Assembly: GCA_005223185.1 (NCBI GenBank)
Contig: NJBN01000001.1
Span: 309,210 to 373,209 of the forward strand
Direction: 5' to 3'
Length of the DNA stretch: 64,000 nt
Source of the DNA: a candidate division LCP-89 bacterium B3_LCP
Lineage (GTDB): Bacteria > Electryoneota > B3-LCP
The notes under the pieces were generated by a model. It was not told the DNA's origin and did no database searches. It saw only the letters and a program-made list of their open reading frames with translations. Below, one piece after another: positions 28,702 to 38,740 of this stretch (position 1 is its first letter; the number at the start of each line of letters is the position of its first letter). The position numbers and the translations under genes are program-made.

Positions 28702-29841
28702 ATGAAGCCGATAATTTCGATAGTAACCATCCTGTTGCTGTTGTCAGCCGTTTGGGCTCAGGATAGTCCGGTTGAGACAGTTACAGTACGCGGGGAAGCC
28801 ACAATTTATGAAGGTGACATCCCTGCCGCTCGTGATGAAGCATTAGTGGACGCTCAGCGAAACGCCCTTGAACAGGTTATGGGTGTGCAGATCAAATCCG
28901 AAACTGCCATACAGGATTTTATGCTTGCTGACGACACCATTTTATCGATGATTTCAGGTCATGTCAAGGACAGCAGGATCACGTCCGAGAAGCAGGAGAT
29001 GGAGTACCTGGTACTGGAAGTCGAATGTGATGTAGTGAAGGAATTGAGTCCTGAAGAAGCACAGAAACTGATGCGGAATTTTTCCTGTGTTGTTGGTTTC
29101 ACCACGGAAATAGATGGTGGCGTCGTTGATGATAATCGCATAGGGAATAAGTTAATCTCCGATCTAGTCAAAGCCGACTTTGACGTACGGGATATATCAC
29201 AAATGTTATCCTTGGAAGGATATCAAGCGCAATTCAGGAAAGCAGTTGATAATCAGGATATTGCAGCCGCACGCTGGATTGGCAGGCAGCTTCTCTCTAA
29301 TGTGGTCATTGTGGGGAAGGCTAAGCTGGAAATGAAGGAGAAAAAGGAAGTTACCGGTTTTGCCGGGGTGGTTGGCGTATATGTTTACGACTGCTGGCTG
29401 GAAGCTCGTGCAATAGAGGCGGAGAGCGGTCAGATCATCGCTCAATATGCATCAGAATTTGAAGGCGTGCAGGGAACGGGTAACACTCCCCAGAAAGCCG
29501 TCACCATGGCTATGACCAGGGCGGAGAGAGCATTTAGCAAGGATCTGCTTTCGCAGTTAACCGAATACGGAGGCAAGAAGAGTCGCCCCATAACGGTGGA
29601 AGTGGAAGGAATTCCGACGTATGAATCGTTCCAGAAAGTGAAGCAATTCTTAAGCAATGTACGCTTCCGGGATTCAGAAGTATCTGATCTGGGCTTCGCG
29701 GCGGGGGAAAAATCCACTTTCAGGTTTAACTATTCCGAAAAGATCAATTTGATCGCTATTAAACTGGATCATCTGCCCAATCTTTCCGTAATGGACCGGT
29801 CTGAAGTAAAAGTAATCTGCCGATACTCGTCCATTCAGTAA
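28702..29841 (+). CDS. hypothetical secreted protein with LPP20/FlgT-like segments
   Basis: Signal peptide (LLLSAVWA/QD). The segment ARDEALVDAQRNALEQVMGVQIKS resembles the LPP20/FlgT_N helix motif. A second similar segment lies near residue 255. Good RBS (gagg). Confidence 0.45.
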   Translation: MKPIISIVTILLLLSAVWAQDSPVETVTVRGEATIYEGDIPAARDEALVDAQRNALEQVMGVQIKSETAIQDFMLADDTILSMISGHVKDSRITSEKQEMEYLVLEVECDVVKELSPEEAQKLMRNFSCVVGFTTEIDGGVVDDNRIGNKLISDLVKADFDVRDISQMLSLEGYQAQFRKAVDNQDIAAARWIGRQLLSNVVIVGKAKLEMKEKKEVTGFAGVVGVYVYDCWLEARAIEAESGQIIAQYASEFEGVQGTGNTPQKAVTMAMTRAERAFSKDLLSQLTEYGGKKSRPITVEVEGIPTYESFQKVKQFLSNVRFRDSEVSDLGFAAGEKSTFRFNYSEKINLIAIKLDHLPNLSVMDRSEVKVICRYSSIQ

Positions 29842-29926
29842 ATATGATATGGGTAGTATAATCTGAAAGTTACTAATTTAATAGTAATTAGCTAATTATA
29901 TAAACATAATAGAGCGAGAAGATTTT

Positions 29927-31612
29927 ATGAGAACAACTGGTTGTGTCAGCATTTTTCTTATTGCATTTGCTCTGGTTTTGAACTTAGGAACAACATCCGC
30001 ATTTGCTCAGGACACACAGGAAAAATATCAGCGTAAGTCCATATCCTACGTGGATGCTGTGTTGAAGCTTGGGAATGCTTCAGATCTAATGCCCAAGCAG
30101 GAAAGGACTCTTCTGGAAGTTATCAGGCGTGAAATTGAAATGCCCCGCTTTGATTATAATGCTCTTCCCAGTGAGATAGTCGATGCATTTAAACGCGATG
30201 CTTTAAGGCGTGGAGTGCAGGACATTGACGCTTTGACGGAAGCGATGAACGAGGTATTAGTTCCTGAAATCTTGCGAATAGTAGATATAGCCAAGGAGAT
30301 GCGTGCTCAGGACTTAGTCAGTGAAGCCGCGCAGCATTCGTTTGTGGTGGAGAAAGCCAAAGAGACGGGGATTACGGCAGAAGACTTAGAAGCGATCATG
30401 AATTCTGCTTATATCTATTTACCGGTGCTGACCCAGGTAAAGGTTCATGATTCCAAAGCGACAAATACCGTTAATTACGATCTGCGTGGTGGGATTATAT
30501 GGTTTGCCGTGAGAACAGATGAGGCAGGAACCAGAGTCGAATTATTAATCAAAGATGAGGCGGTGGGAAAGGGCGCTGCCAGGCGTGATGCTAAATTTAA
30601 ATATAAAGGTCGACGTGTCAATGGACCTGAATACGCTTTCATCACTGCTGCGGAAGTGCTGGCGCAGAATCTAAAAATCGCCGCACAGAAGATACCGGAT
30701 TTCCAACTCACTAACCCTTTGGCAGATACTGGTCCCGGTTGGGTGGAATTCCCCATGGGGAAGAGAGAAGGATTGGGTGTAGATGATAAGTTCATCATTG
30801 CGGAATTCTACGAAGAGGGGGACGGATCACTGAAACGACAGGAATTGGGTATGGTGCGCGTTGCCAGGGTAGCCGATAATGTCGAAAAGAAAGCCAATTC
30901 GCGCGCCCGGACGGTTATCGGTGGTGGCTATGAACGGGGCATGCTGGCGCTGGAACATCCCCGTCTGCCGATAGATTTATCCTTTCGTTTCGGAGTCTTG
31001 CCGGTGAGCGTGAAAGACGGATACGGCTGGTTCGATGATGAGATAACCAGTAATTTCTATACGGGACAGTTATGGTTTAACTACAACCTTGCGCAGACGA
31101 CCAATATTTCTCAATTCTTCGCTTCTGTTTATGGTGAATTGGGAAGTGGAACACTCAAAGGATGGGAGATGTGGGGCGAAAATGTGCCTGCAGGTTTGTA
31201 TTGGGGCGTAGGTGGTGGACTGGTGAAGAAGTTTTACGTAAACAGGCTTCACATAGGGTTGGAAGCGCTGATTTCTTTCGCTGATTACAGTTTCAGCGGA
31301 ACCGGTACTGATCCAATTTTTAACAAAGATTGGAATTGGGAAACGTCCAGCCTTGGGTTCACCTTCAATGGGGATATAGAGTTAGCCTTAAGTTATGATT
31401 GGAACTTAGGCGCAGGCGTGTCTTATCGCTTGTTCGCTCCCACTAAAGATTGGACTTACCACTACGACAATGAAAAGATAGATTTGTCGGGTATCACCGA
31501 TCTGCCGGAGTTGGATTTCAGTGGATTGGGATACCAGATTTATCTGACCTGGTCTCTGCCTTCACTGGGATATGATCCGGTGAAGATGGCGCGGGGAGCT
31601 ATTGGTCATTAA
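29927..31612 (+). CDS. hypothetical secreted protein, C-terminal half Gly/aromatic-rich (possible outer-membrane beta-barrel)
   Basis: Signal peptide ending SAFAQD. The C-terminal ~250 aa have alternating aromatic/Gly-rich beta-strand-like segments (LYWGVGGGL, GFTFNGDIELALSYDWNLGAGVSYRLF). Confidence 0.45.
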   Translation: MRTTGCVSIFLIAFALVLNLGTTSAFAQDTQEKYQRKSISYVDAVLKLGNASDLMPKQERTLLEVIRREIEMPRFDYNALPSEIVDAFKRDALRRGVQDIDALTEAMNEVLVPEILRIVDIAKEMRAQDLVSEAAQHSFVVEKAKETGITAEDLEAIMNSAYIYLPVLTQVKVHDSKATNTVNYDLRGGIIWFAVRTDEAGTRVELLIKDEAVGKGAARRDAKFKYKGRRVNGPEYAFITAAEVLAQNLKIAAQKIPDFQLTNPLADTGPGWVEFPMGKREGLGVDDKFIIAEFYEEGDGSLKRQELGMVRVARVADNVEKKANSRARTVIGGGYERGMLALEHPRLPIDLSFRFGVLPVSVKDGYGWFDDEITSNFYTGQLWFNYNLAQTTNISQFFASVYGELGSGTLKGWEMWGENVPAGLYWGVGGGLVKKFYVNRLHIGLEALISFADYSFSGTGTDPIFNKDWNWETSSLGFTFNGDIELALSYDWNLGAGVSYRLFAPTKDWTYHYDNEKIDLSGITDLPELDFSGLGYQIYLTWSLPSLGYDPVKMARGAIGH

Positions 31613-31695
31613 TCAATGGTTGAAAAAGAAAATAGCATCAATTTCATAGAATACAATAACTGAACAATTTCAAGCCATAACGGTCCGGAGGACTT

Positions 31696-32967
31696 ATGCG
31701 CTTCGCATTAAAGACTATCTTGCTGCTGATTCTGGCTTCTTTTTTAACAGCAGCGCCACTCTTCGCGCAGGGGAATTTACCTAAGCTGAAACAAGCCAGC
31801 TTTGTCGAATCATATTCACCAGCAGAATGGATGGTCAAGGCTGCCGGTGTGGGTGGCGGGAAGAAGAAATACCGCGAGAAAAACGCCATCGAAGATGCGC
31901 GCAAAAGCGCTGTCTATTTCTGTCTGTACCTGGGAACTGATCCGTTGTTCAATACAGCAGAAGAAAAGAGCCGGTTTGCCTTTATTGAACAGGATTTCTT
32001 CGATATCAACAACGTAAACAAGTACGTCTCCTGGGAATCGGCGGAATTTACCCTGCGTGTGAAGATTTCTGGCGGGAAGGAACTCAAAATTGAGAAGGTC
32101 TTTCGCATCAACGTGGGGATATTAAAGGAGGATCTGATAAACCAGGGAGTATTGATGGCGACTGCTGATTTAGTCGCTGAGATTGGTCTGCCGCAGATTC
32201 TGGTTCTTCCGGAAGTTCCCAAGGGCGGGAATCCATTGGAAGCGATGCAAAACCGCAGTGAACTGAAACATGCCTCTCGTTCCATCGAATCCTACCTGAC
32301 TGCCCAGAAGTACGAAGTCATCGTTCCTGAACAGCAGGATTTCCTGAATAATTATACTGAAACGATGCACCTGGTCGAAGGGACTGGTGAGGATATGTCC
32401 TACAAGATCGCGCTGGCGATCGGTTCGGACGTCTATATCACCTATTCGGTTTACATCGAACGGCGCATGGTGGGGTCGACAGAAAACAAGAAGGCTTCAG
32501 TTTCAGTCAGGGCGTATGAGACCACCACTGCCCGCCTGCTGGGCACCGAAACGGGGTATTCTTACGAACGACCTTCACCGGATGAAGTGGTTGTGGAAGA
32601 AGCCATCCATGATGCCATTGATAAAGTGCTGTCCCGTGTAAACGCTTATTGGAAAGAGGACCTGCAGCGGGGCGTGCAGTATAAGATCATCTTCAGCATC
32701 ACCGGTATGTTCGATGAAGATGAAGTCGAAGACATTCAGTTCGCTCTGTCGGACGTGATAGACGCTTTTGCTACCCGGTCGAAGGAGAATATCGTAACTG
32801 ATCAGACTATGGATTACCAGGTATGGGTGAAACCCTCTGAATATGATAAAGCCAGGGATCTGTACCGTGACATTAAGGATGATTTCGCCGCAGAGATCAG
32901 CGGCGCCAAGGTGAGACGCCAGCAGATTAACAGGAAGCTGCTGCTGTTGGAAGTGGTGAATGATTAG
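31696..32967 (+). CDS. hypothetical secreted protein
   Basis: Signal peptide LFAQG. No recognisable motifs. Same strand and tight spacing with the preceding genes. Confidence 0.45.
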   Translation: MRFALKTILLLILASFLTAAPLFAQGNLPKLKQASFVESYSPAEWMVKAAGVGGGKKKYREKNAIEDARKSAVYFCLYLGTDPLFNTAEEKSRFAFIEQDFFDINNVNKYVSWESAEFTLRVKISGGKELKIEKVFRINVGILKEDLINQGVLMATADLVAEIGLPQILVLPEVPKGGNPLEAMQNRSELKHASRSIESYLTAQKYEVIVPEQQDFLNNYTETMHLVEGTGEDMSYKIALAIGSDVYITYSVYIERRMVGSTENKKASVSVRAYETTTARLLGTETGYSYERPSPDEVVVEEAIHDAIDKVLSRVNAYWKEDLQRGVQYKIIFSITGMFDEDEVEDIQFALSDVIDAFATRSKENIVTDQTMDYQVWVKPSEYDKARDLYRDIKDDFAAEISGAKVRRQQINRKLLLLEVVND

Positions 32968-33146
32968 GGGGAGGCTTATTTGTAGGGTAGACTAAGTCCG
33001 TTGGCTAACGGATGCAGTCTACCATCTCCTTTCGGTAGCCTGTGTTTCGGCTATGCCTGCACTTAGCCTACCCTACTAACTGGATTCCGGCTTGCGCTCT
33101 GAAGAGCTTGCCGGAATGACAAGGCGGACAGTCTAAATTAATAAGG

Positions 33147-33172
33147 GCAGGAATTTAACTTCCTGCCCTTTA
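33147..33172. terminator. hairpin, probable bidirectional terminator between convergent genes
   Basis: Perfect 11-bp stem aagggcaggaa-tttaac-ttcctgccctt. Confidence 0.4.
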
Positions 33173-33186
33173 GATTTATGTACTTT

Positions 33187-35277
33187 TTACTTCATCAGTA
33201 TGAGTTTTTGTACGAATGTCTGGCCACCACTTTCCAATCTGGCTAAGTAGATACCGGAAGGGAGACTTGCAGCGTTGAAGGTAATTTCGTGCGAACCCGC
33301 CTGGCGGTAGCCGTCCACTAGTGAGGTAACAACTGCACCTCGAATATCGTAGATGGACAGGTTCACATTTGCCGTAGCGGGCAGTGTATATGTGATGGTT
33401 GTAGTGGGGTTGAAGGGATTGGGGTGGGCGCCAGATATTTCGTATACTTCAGGGATAGTTGAAACATTCTTAGCTTCATCGAACCACGGTTCTCCGTAAC
33501 AACTCCAATCCGCAATAACTGCTCCATCGCCATAACTGAGTTTGGTTATTTCAAAGTAATCGTCATCCCAGATATCACTGGGATAGTCACCGACATATAT
33601 CCAGTATTTATAAGTACCAGTTGGAGCCAGCGCCGGTACGTTTTGAGTTTTATCCGAACTAGTGAACAAAACGCCCGGCCCGATATTTACGTAAAGTGGT
33701 CCTATCAACGGATTGGTGAAACCTCCGGCGGGTTTCTCAGCCAGACTCCATATATCGAAGGGAACAGTTGAAGTGGAGTAGTTTTCCAACGTGACGTAAA
33801 AGTCGAAACTTCCACCTGCCGCAGGGACAGTGATGTAACTTGATTCGGGATGAAGGCTAACCTCCAATCCATACGTGCTCTGTTGATACTTAATGGTGGC
33901 ATAATCAGCCCCGGTGCCTATGCCTTCACTATAGCCAGTTACATATATATCATTGCCATCCACTGCCAGCCCTGCGAGAACATCATCTCCTGATGCTGGG
34001 CCATCATATGTGACTTCGAAATCCCTTATTCCAGTATTATCATACTTAATCAGAATGTAATCGGAACCTGCTGTAGCGGTTTCAACCGTGCCAGCTATGT
34101 AAGCGTTGCCATCTGTATCAGTAACTATTTCAGTGGCACTGCAGGACGTGCCAGCTTCATGCCAGCGTGCATAGCTTAGCGATCCGCTGCTAGTGTATCT
34201 AACTGTCTGAAATCTATAATTCCCGGAGTTTGCACTTTCACCCGTAACAATGATATTTCCAGACGGATCTCCGGCTATATCATAAGCATAATCTGGGGGA
34301 CTGCCAGGACCATCGAATCTCTCAGTCCAATATAATGTTCCCAAAGGTGAATACTTCAGCGTAGCATAATCCATACTGCTGCTACCTTGACTCCATCCAG
34401 TCACATATACCTGCCCTGAATTATTCATGTACATCGCAGAGGCTTTATCATCGCCATCACCTGGTCCATTATAAACATGATCCCACATCTCAACCCCCAG
34501 TGAGCTAAATTTCACTGTTCCATAATCATACTCGTGCTCTCCAGGAATGACGGCCTGATCCAAGTAACCGGTAACACATACGCACCCGAAATTATCTACA
34601 CAAATATCTGTTGGCATATCCCAATTTTCCCCAGAGGTTCCATAATCGGCAGTCCAAAGAAGGAGACCGTCTGTGCTATATTTCAATACCAGGTAATTAT
34701 AATCGTATACGGGTCCTGATTCCCAGTCGCTCTTTGCCGCGACATATACATTTCCGCTGTTGTCAGCCGCTATAGCTACACCCTCATCGGTATCCTGATA
34801 TGCATTTGGATTGGTATATTCTACGTGCCAGAGTAAGCTGCCAACTGGAGAATACTTCAGGGTAATCACATTGTGATGATCGTAACTTGGACCCTGTGCT
34901 GTGACATATCCTGTAATATATATGTTACCATCAGCACCTATCGTCATATCGGCTGGTCTATCAAATCCATCGCCAGAACCATTATAGGTGCGAATCCATT
35001 GTTGAATACCATAAGAATCGTACTTTATGGTTGTTATATTACCGAGTGTACTATATGAGGTCGTATAACCAGTAACATATACATTGCCATCATCGTCGAC
35101 CACACAGTCTACTGCTCGGTCAGCATCTTCATAGGTGCTGGTATAGCGCGCCTCCCAGTCTTCTACGAGATACGGCTGTGCGAAAGTTAAACTGTAACTA
35201 CAAAGGAGCGCTATTAACGCTAAGCAAAACTTATTCATACTTATCGGTTTCATCGAAATATCCTTCCTGTTTGCCAT
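33187..35277 (-). CDS. secreted beta-propeller-repeat (SBBP-like) protein with T9SS C-terminal sorting domain
   Basis: Signal peptide. About 8 repeats of the D..GN.Y(V/I)TG(Y/E) motif (GNVYVTGYTTS, GNIYITGYVTA, GNVYVAAKS, ...). C-terminal HPNPFNPTTTITY...GIYLARLESGGQTFVQKLILMK matches the type-A T9SS CTD. Confidence 0.7.
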   Translation of the reverse strand: MANRKDISMKPISMNKFCLALIALLCSYSLTFAQPYLVEDWEARYTSTYEDADRAVDCVVDDDGNVYVTGYTTSYSTLGNITTIKYDSYGIQQWIRTYNGSGDGFDRPADMTIGADGNIYITGYVTAQGPSYDHHNVITLKYSPVGSLLWHVEYTNPNAYQDTDEGVAIAADNSGNVYVAAKSDWESGPVYDYNYLVLKYSTDGLLLWTADYGTSGENWDMPTDICVDNFGCVCVTGYLDQAVIPGEHEYDYGTVKFSSLGVEMWDHVYNGPGDGDDKASAMYMNNSGQVYVTGWSQGSSSMDYATLKYSPLGTLYWTERFDGPGSPPDYAYDIAGDPSGNIIVTGESANSGNYRFQTVRYTSSGSLSYARWHEAGTSCSATEIVTDTDGNAYIAGTVETATAGSDYILIKYDNTGIRDFEVTYDGPASGDDVLAGLAVDGNDIYVTGYSEGIGTGADYATIKYQQSTYGLEVSLHPESSYITVPAAGGSFDFYVTLENYSTSTVPFDIWSLAEKPAGGFTNPLIGPLYVNIGPGVLFTSSDKTQNVPALAPTGTYKYWIYVGDYPSDIWDDDYFEITKLSYGDGAVIADWSCYGEPWFDEAKNVSTIPEVYEISGAHPNPFNPTTTITYTLPATANVNLSIYDIRGAVVTSLVDGYRQAGSHEITFNAASLPSGIYLARLESGGQTFVQKLILMK

Positions 35278-35370
35278 TGTTATGATTTGCTAAATATACA
35301 AAATTAAACATACAATGTCAATAGATTTAACAAAATAGTTGAAATATTTTATAGTTGTCATTAATCCAGA

Positions 35371-35400
35371 TACAAAAACTGCCCTCTCAAGGGCAGTTCA
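35371..35400 (-). terminator. rho-independent terminator for the 35423-37636 gene
   Basis: ctgccct-ctcaa-gggcag with a T-run on the minus strand (plus strand shows acaaaaactgccctctcaagggcagtt). Confidence 0.5.
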
Positions 35401-35422
35401 TAATAAAGTACTCGATTCAGAC

Positions 35423-37636
35423 CTATTTTATGAGTACAAGCTTCTGTACGGACTTCTGACCACCGCTTTCCAATCTGGCTAAGTAGATACCGGAAGGGAG
35501 ACTTGCAGCGTTGAAGGTAATTTCGTGCGAACCCGCCTGGCGGAAGCCGTCCACTAATGAGGTAACAACTGCACCTCGAATATCGTAGATGGACAGCTTC
35601 ACTTTTGCCTCAGTGGGTAGTGAGTAGGAAATGGTTGTAGTGGGGTTGAAGGGATTGGGGTGGGCAGGATGGAATTCAAATGTTGACGGCGTTAGAATCA
35701 TCGCTTCCAATTCCTCGCTGAAGATGACGTTAGGTGTACCCAGCGGAATCACACCAGCGGCGACAGTCTGTGCCTGATTCAGTGTCTCGGCAATATCTTT
35801 TGCCAGTTCATCATCGACACCCAGTAGGTCCTGGATATAAACTATTGCCTGGGATACTGTTGCGCCATCATCAGAGGCATCCATGTATTGCCCCAGTTTA
35901 TCCGATACCACGTTTAGTAGCAGTGCTAGATATTGCTGACAAGCCCTCTCATACATGCTGCTTCCGCCCTGATTGATGTTAAGTATGTATTCCAGATCGT
36001 CCATAGTCAAAGCAGTGACAGGTGTGCCGACATAGGTGACTCCATCAACTTCGATAGAATTCACCGTGTTCGAGTAGAAGTGATCGAAGATTTCCTGAGA
36101 AAAACCTAACAGTTCATCTTCGGAGTACTGAGGATTTCCTTTGCCCGATTGATTAGCCTTAACCTGATGCTTCCAGAAACCTTTGGAGCGGGCGTCGTTG
36201 GTGGTTACAAGCGGAGTAAGAACGAAATCAACTGTGTCGGTTTCACCGGCATCCAGCTCAACGGGTACATCATTCTGATTCACAGCAAAGCCTAACGGTT
36301 CTACCAATTCGACGATGTAGTCACCGGGATCTATGTCAGGAAAGGAATACTCGCCGTTTTCATCCGTTAAGGTGGATTCGAGGAGTTGACTTCCATCATC
36401 CAAAAGGTCGATGGTAACACCCTGATAGGGTGGGGTGACGGTGCCAGCGATGTGGGCTATTGGCGGTACAGGTCCCTCTATCTTTAACAGCCAAAAATCT
36501 CTTGAACCTGCACCGAAAGAGTAAGAATTACCGAGTACTAGAATATTTCCATCTTCAGCGTGAACCGCAACTCCAGTAGTTTCTTGATTTGGACCGCCGT
36601 AAGTTGTGTCCCATATGGTCGTACCTACCGAGTCTACTTTCATTAACCAATAATCGTAGCTCCCAGCCCCTTTTGAATTTGTATATCCGGTTAACAGATA
36701 ACCACCATCTCCTGAGGCGATAACAGAACGGCAATCGTCCTCTCCCGATCCTTCATAACTTTTCGACCAGATAGAATCACCATTTGCATTGACGCAGAAC
36801 AACCACATATCATAGTTCCCAGTCTTTTGGGTTAGTCCGCCCATAAGGAAATTTCCGTCACCTTTTGGCAAGATAGTATAGAATCCATCCGAACTGGATG
36901 TTCCATAATGCTTCGACCAGAGCGAATCACCTTCTGCATCAACTTTTAGCAAATACCCGCGATCCGGCGAAGATCCGAAAGGATCAGAAAATCCCGCTAA
37001 TAAAAATCCGCCGTCGCCTGCGGGAATAATGGAGGATGCAGCATCAGTAGCTGTAAGACCATAGGTTTTCGACCATAGGGTGTTACCCAGGGAGTCCACT
37101 TTCACGAGCCATATATCTTCATCTCCTGCACCGAAGGATTTAGTGTTTCCCGTAAGCAGGAAACCACCATCACCGGAAGAGACCATCGCGTTCAAATTAT
37201 CATCTGCCGATCCGCCGTAGGTGTGAGACCAAACAGTGTGACCTGTGGCATCAATCTTCAAAACATACCAATCATATCCTCCAGCACCGTAAGACTTGGT
37301 ACGACCACCTAAAAGGTAGTTCCCATCTCCAGCGGAAATAATGGAAGTCGCATATTCGTTACCACTACCACCATATGTAGAATCCCAGACTTGATTACCA
37401 AAATTGTCCACCATGATAAGCCACATATCCCCATCGCCTACTCCGAACGAGTGTGTTCCTCCGGCCAAGAGGAAATTGCCATCGCTTGTTTGGATAATAT
37501 CCGTTGCTACTTCTGAGTTACTACCCCCATATGTCTGGGTCCACAACACTTCTGGCGCTTGCGCAAAAGCAACCGCTCCAGTTAGCACTACCAGTACAAC
37601 CACTACTACAAAACCTTTAACATGACTGTTCTTCAT
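35423..37636 (-). CDS. secreted repeat protein (about 9 tandem ~45-aa beta-propeller-like repeats) with T9SS C-terminal sorting domain
   Basis: Repeats of GGS..D.A.S(I/V)....DGG(Y/F)LL.G.T.S(F/Y)GAG..D.WL.K.D..G...W..TYG. The C-terminal ~90 aa are near-identical to the CTD of the upstream gene. Start chosen at the internal Met before the signal peptide (MKNSHVKGFVVVVVLVVLTGAVAFAQA). Confidence 0.7.
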   Translation of the reverse strand: MKNSHVKGFVVVVVLVVLTGAVAFAQAPEVLWTQTYGGSNSEVATDIIQTSDGNFLLAGGTHSFGVGDGDMWLIMVDNFGNQVWDSTYGGSGNEYATSIISAGDGNYLLGGRTKSYGAGGYDWYVLKIDATGHTVWSHTYGGSADDNLNAMVSSGDGGFLLTGNTKSFGAGDEDIWLVKVDSLGNTLWSKTYGLTATDAASSIIPAGDGGFLLAGFSDPFGSSPDRGYLLKVDAEGDSLWSKHYGTSSSDGFYTILPKGDGNFLMGGLTQKTGNYDMWLFCVNANGDSIWSKSYEGSGEDDCRSVIASGDGGYLLTGYTNSKGAGSYDYWLMKVDSVGTTIWDTTYGGPNQETTGVAVHAEDGNILVLGNSYSFGAGSRDFWLLKIEGPVPPIAHIAGTVTPPYQGVTIDLLDDGSQLLESTLTDENGEYSFPDIDPGDYIVELVEPLGFAVNQNDVPVELDAGETDTVDFVLTPLVTTNDARSKGFWKHQVKANQSGKGNPQYSEDELLGFSQEIFDHFYSNTVNSIEVDGVTYVGTPVTALTMDDLEYILNINQGGSSMYERACQQYLALLLNVVSDKLGQYMDASDDGATVSQAIVYIQDLLGVDDELAKDIAETLNQAQTVAAGVIPLGTPNVIFSEELEAMILTPSTFEFHPAHPNPFNPTTTISYSLPTEAKVKLSIYDIRGAVVTSLVDGFRQAGSHEITFNAASLPSGIYLARLESGGQKSVQKLVLIK

Positions 37637-37789
37637 TTTTCTCTCCTTGTTAATTTGATATTTTTCCTTTTCGATCTTGCATATCGATGTGATTTGTATT
37701 ATAATAACCACGACCTGAATTTCAAAATGATAAATTGTACCTTAATGGGCAATTGATAGGCATTTCAGACACAATCCCGTATCTCCAGC

Positions 37790-38650
37790 ATGAACCACAA
37801 CCTCACCTCCGAACAGATCACTTTTCTAGTCAACACCCGAATCAGGAAAAATGTGGCGCGTAAGGAGCTTTGCTACAATGCTGGTATTGCCTACCGGACT
37901 TTGAGTAGTATAGAACGCGGCGACCGGTCTATCGTGCGTCACGATACGATTGTGAAATGGTGCCAGGTACTGGAAATTGAGCCACAGAAGTTTCTGGATG
38001 GCAGATTCACAGATTACAAAGAAAGTGCTGATTTAAAGGAAGCAAGTCATGAACAAGTACTGAATCTCAAAATCCGTGATGAAACCTTTAATCGAGAAAT
38101 GCTTCACAGAATGAACCGCCGCGTCTGGATCGCCATCATTTTAAGCTGTTTGGTGTTAGTTGTCCTGATTTTTGGAGTGCTGAGACTAACGATTTTCACC
38201 GAAAAACGCAAAGATTATATCAACCCCTATTGGAAAAACTACTGGATAAATGTCGGGCGCGATGTCTCCGCTACTCCTGAAAGAAAGCGAGTCCTGAACT
38301 ATTTGAGCATGAAGAACGTTGTTCAACCGGGAGAGGAGATTTGTGCTGAACTGAAGTGGTCTTATTGTTATAGGAATGGAATTCCAGAGATATTCGTCAG
38401 CGCCTACGCTGAGTGGGAACCAGATACGGAAATTAGATTGTTCAATGGTGACTTAATCGGCGAGGGCAGCGAGATCAATCGCTTCTCTGTCATTGCTCCA
38501 GTAAAAGCAGGACTGTACCGCTTGAGAATTTTCAATGCTTCGGCTCACGGTCCGGTTATCAGTTTTTATGGTAGTCCCCCTCCCTCTGATCAATTCCGCC
38601 CTGTTACTGTCCCCTATCACGAAATCGAAATCCTGGTCCTCCCCGAATAA
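37790..38650 (+). CDS. membrane-anchored HTH (XRE-family) DNA-binding protein with extracytoplasmic C-terminal domain
   Basis: N-terminal HTH (ELCYNAGIAYRTLSSIERGDRSIVRHDTIVKWCQVLEI), a single TM (WIAIILSCLVLVVLIFGVL) and a ~130-aa C-terminal domain. Confidence 0.6.
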   Translation: MNHNLTSEQITFLVNTRIRKNVARKELCYNAGIAYRTLSSIERGDRSIVRHDTIVKWCQVLEIEPQKFLDGRFTDYKESADLKEASHEQVLNLKIRDETFNREMLHRMNRRVWIAIILSCLVLVVLIFGVLRLTIFTEKRKDYINPYWKNYWINVGRDVSATPERKRVLNYLSMKNVVQPGEEICAELKWSYCYRNGIPEIFVSAYAEWEPDTEIRLFNGDLIGEGSEINRFSVIAPVKAGLYRLRIFNASAHGPVISFYGSPPPSDQFRPVTVPYHEIEILVLPE

Positions 38651-38654
38651 AAAA

Positions 38655-38690
38655 AAGAGCCAGATCATATTCTGGCTCTTGTATTTACCC
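38655..38690. terminator. bidirectional rho-independent terminator
   Basis: aaaaaaaag-agccaga-tcatat-tctggct-cttgtattt, an A-tract/hairpin/T-tract between convergent genes. Confidence 0.55.
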
Positions 38691-38740
38691 ATCGCGTTGT
38701 TCCCCCTCGTGCAATGGGTTCTAAGTGTCTGAAAGTAGAT

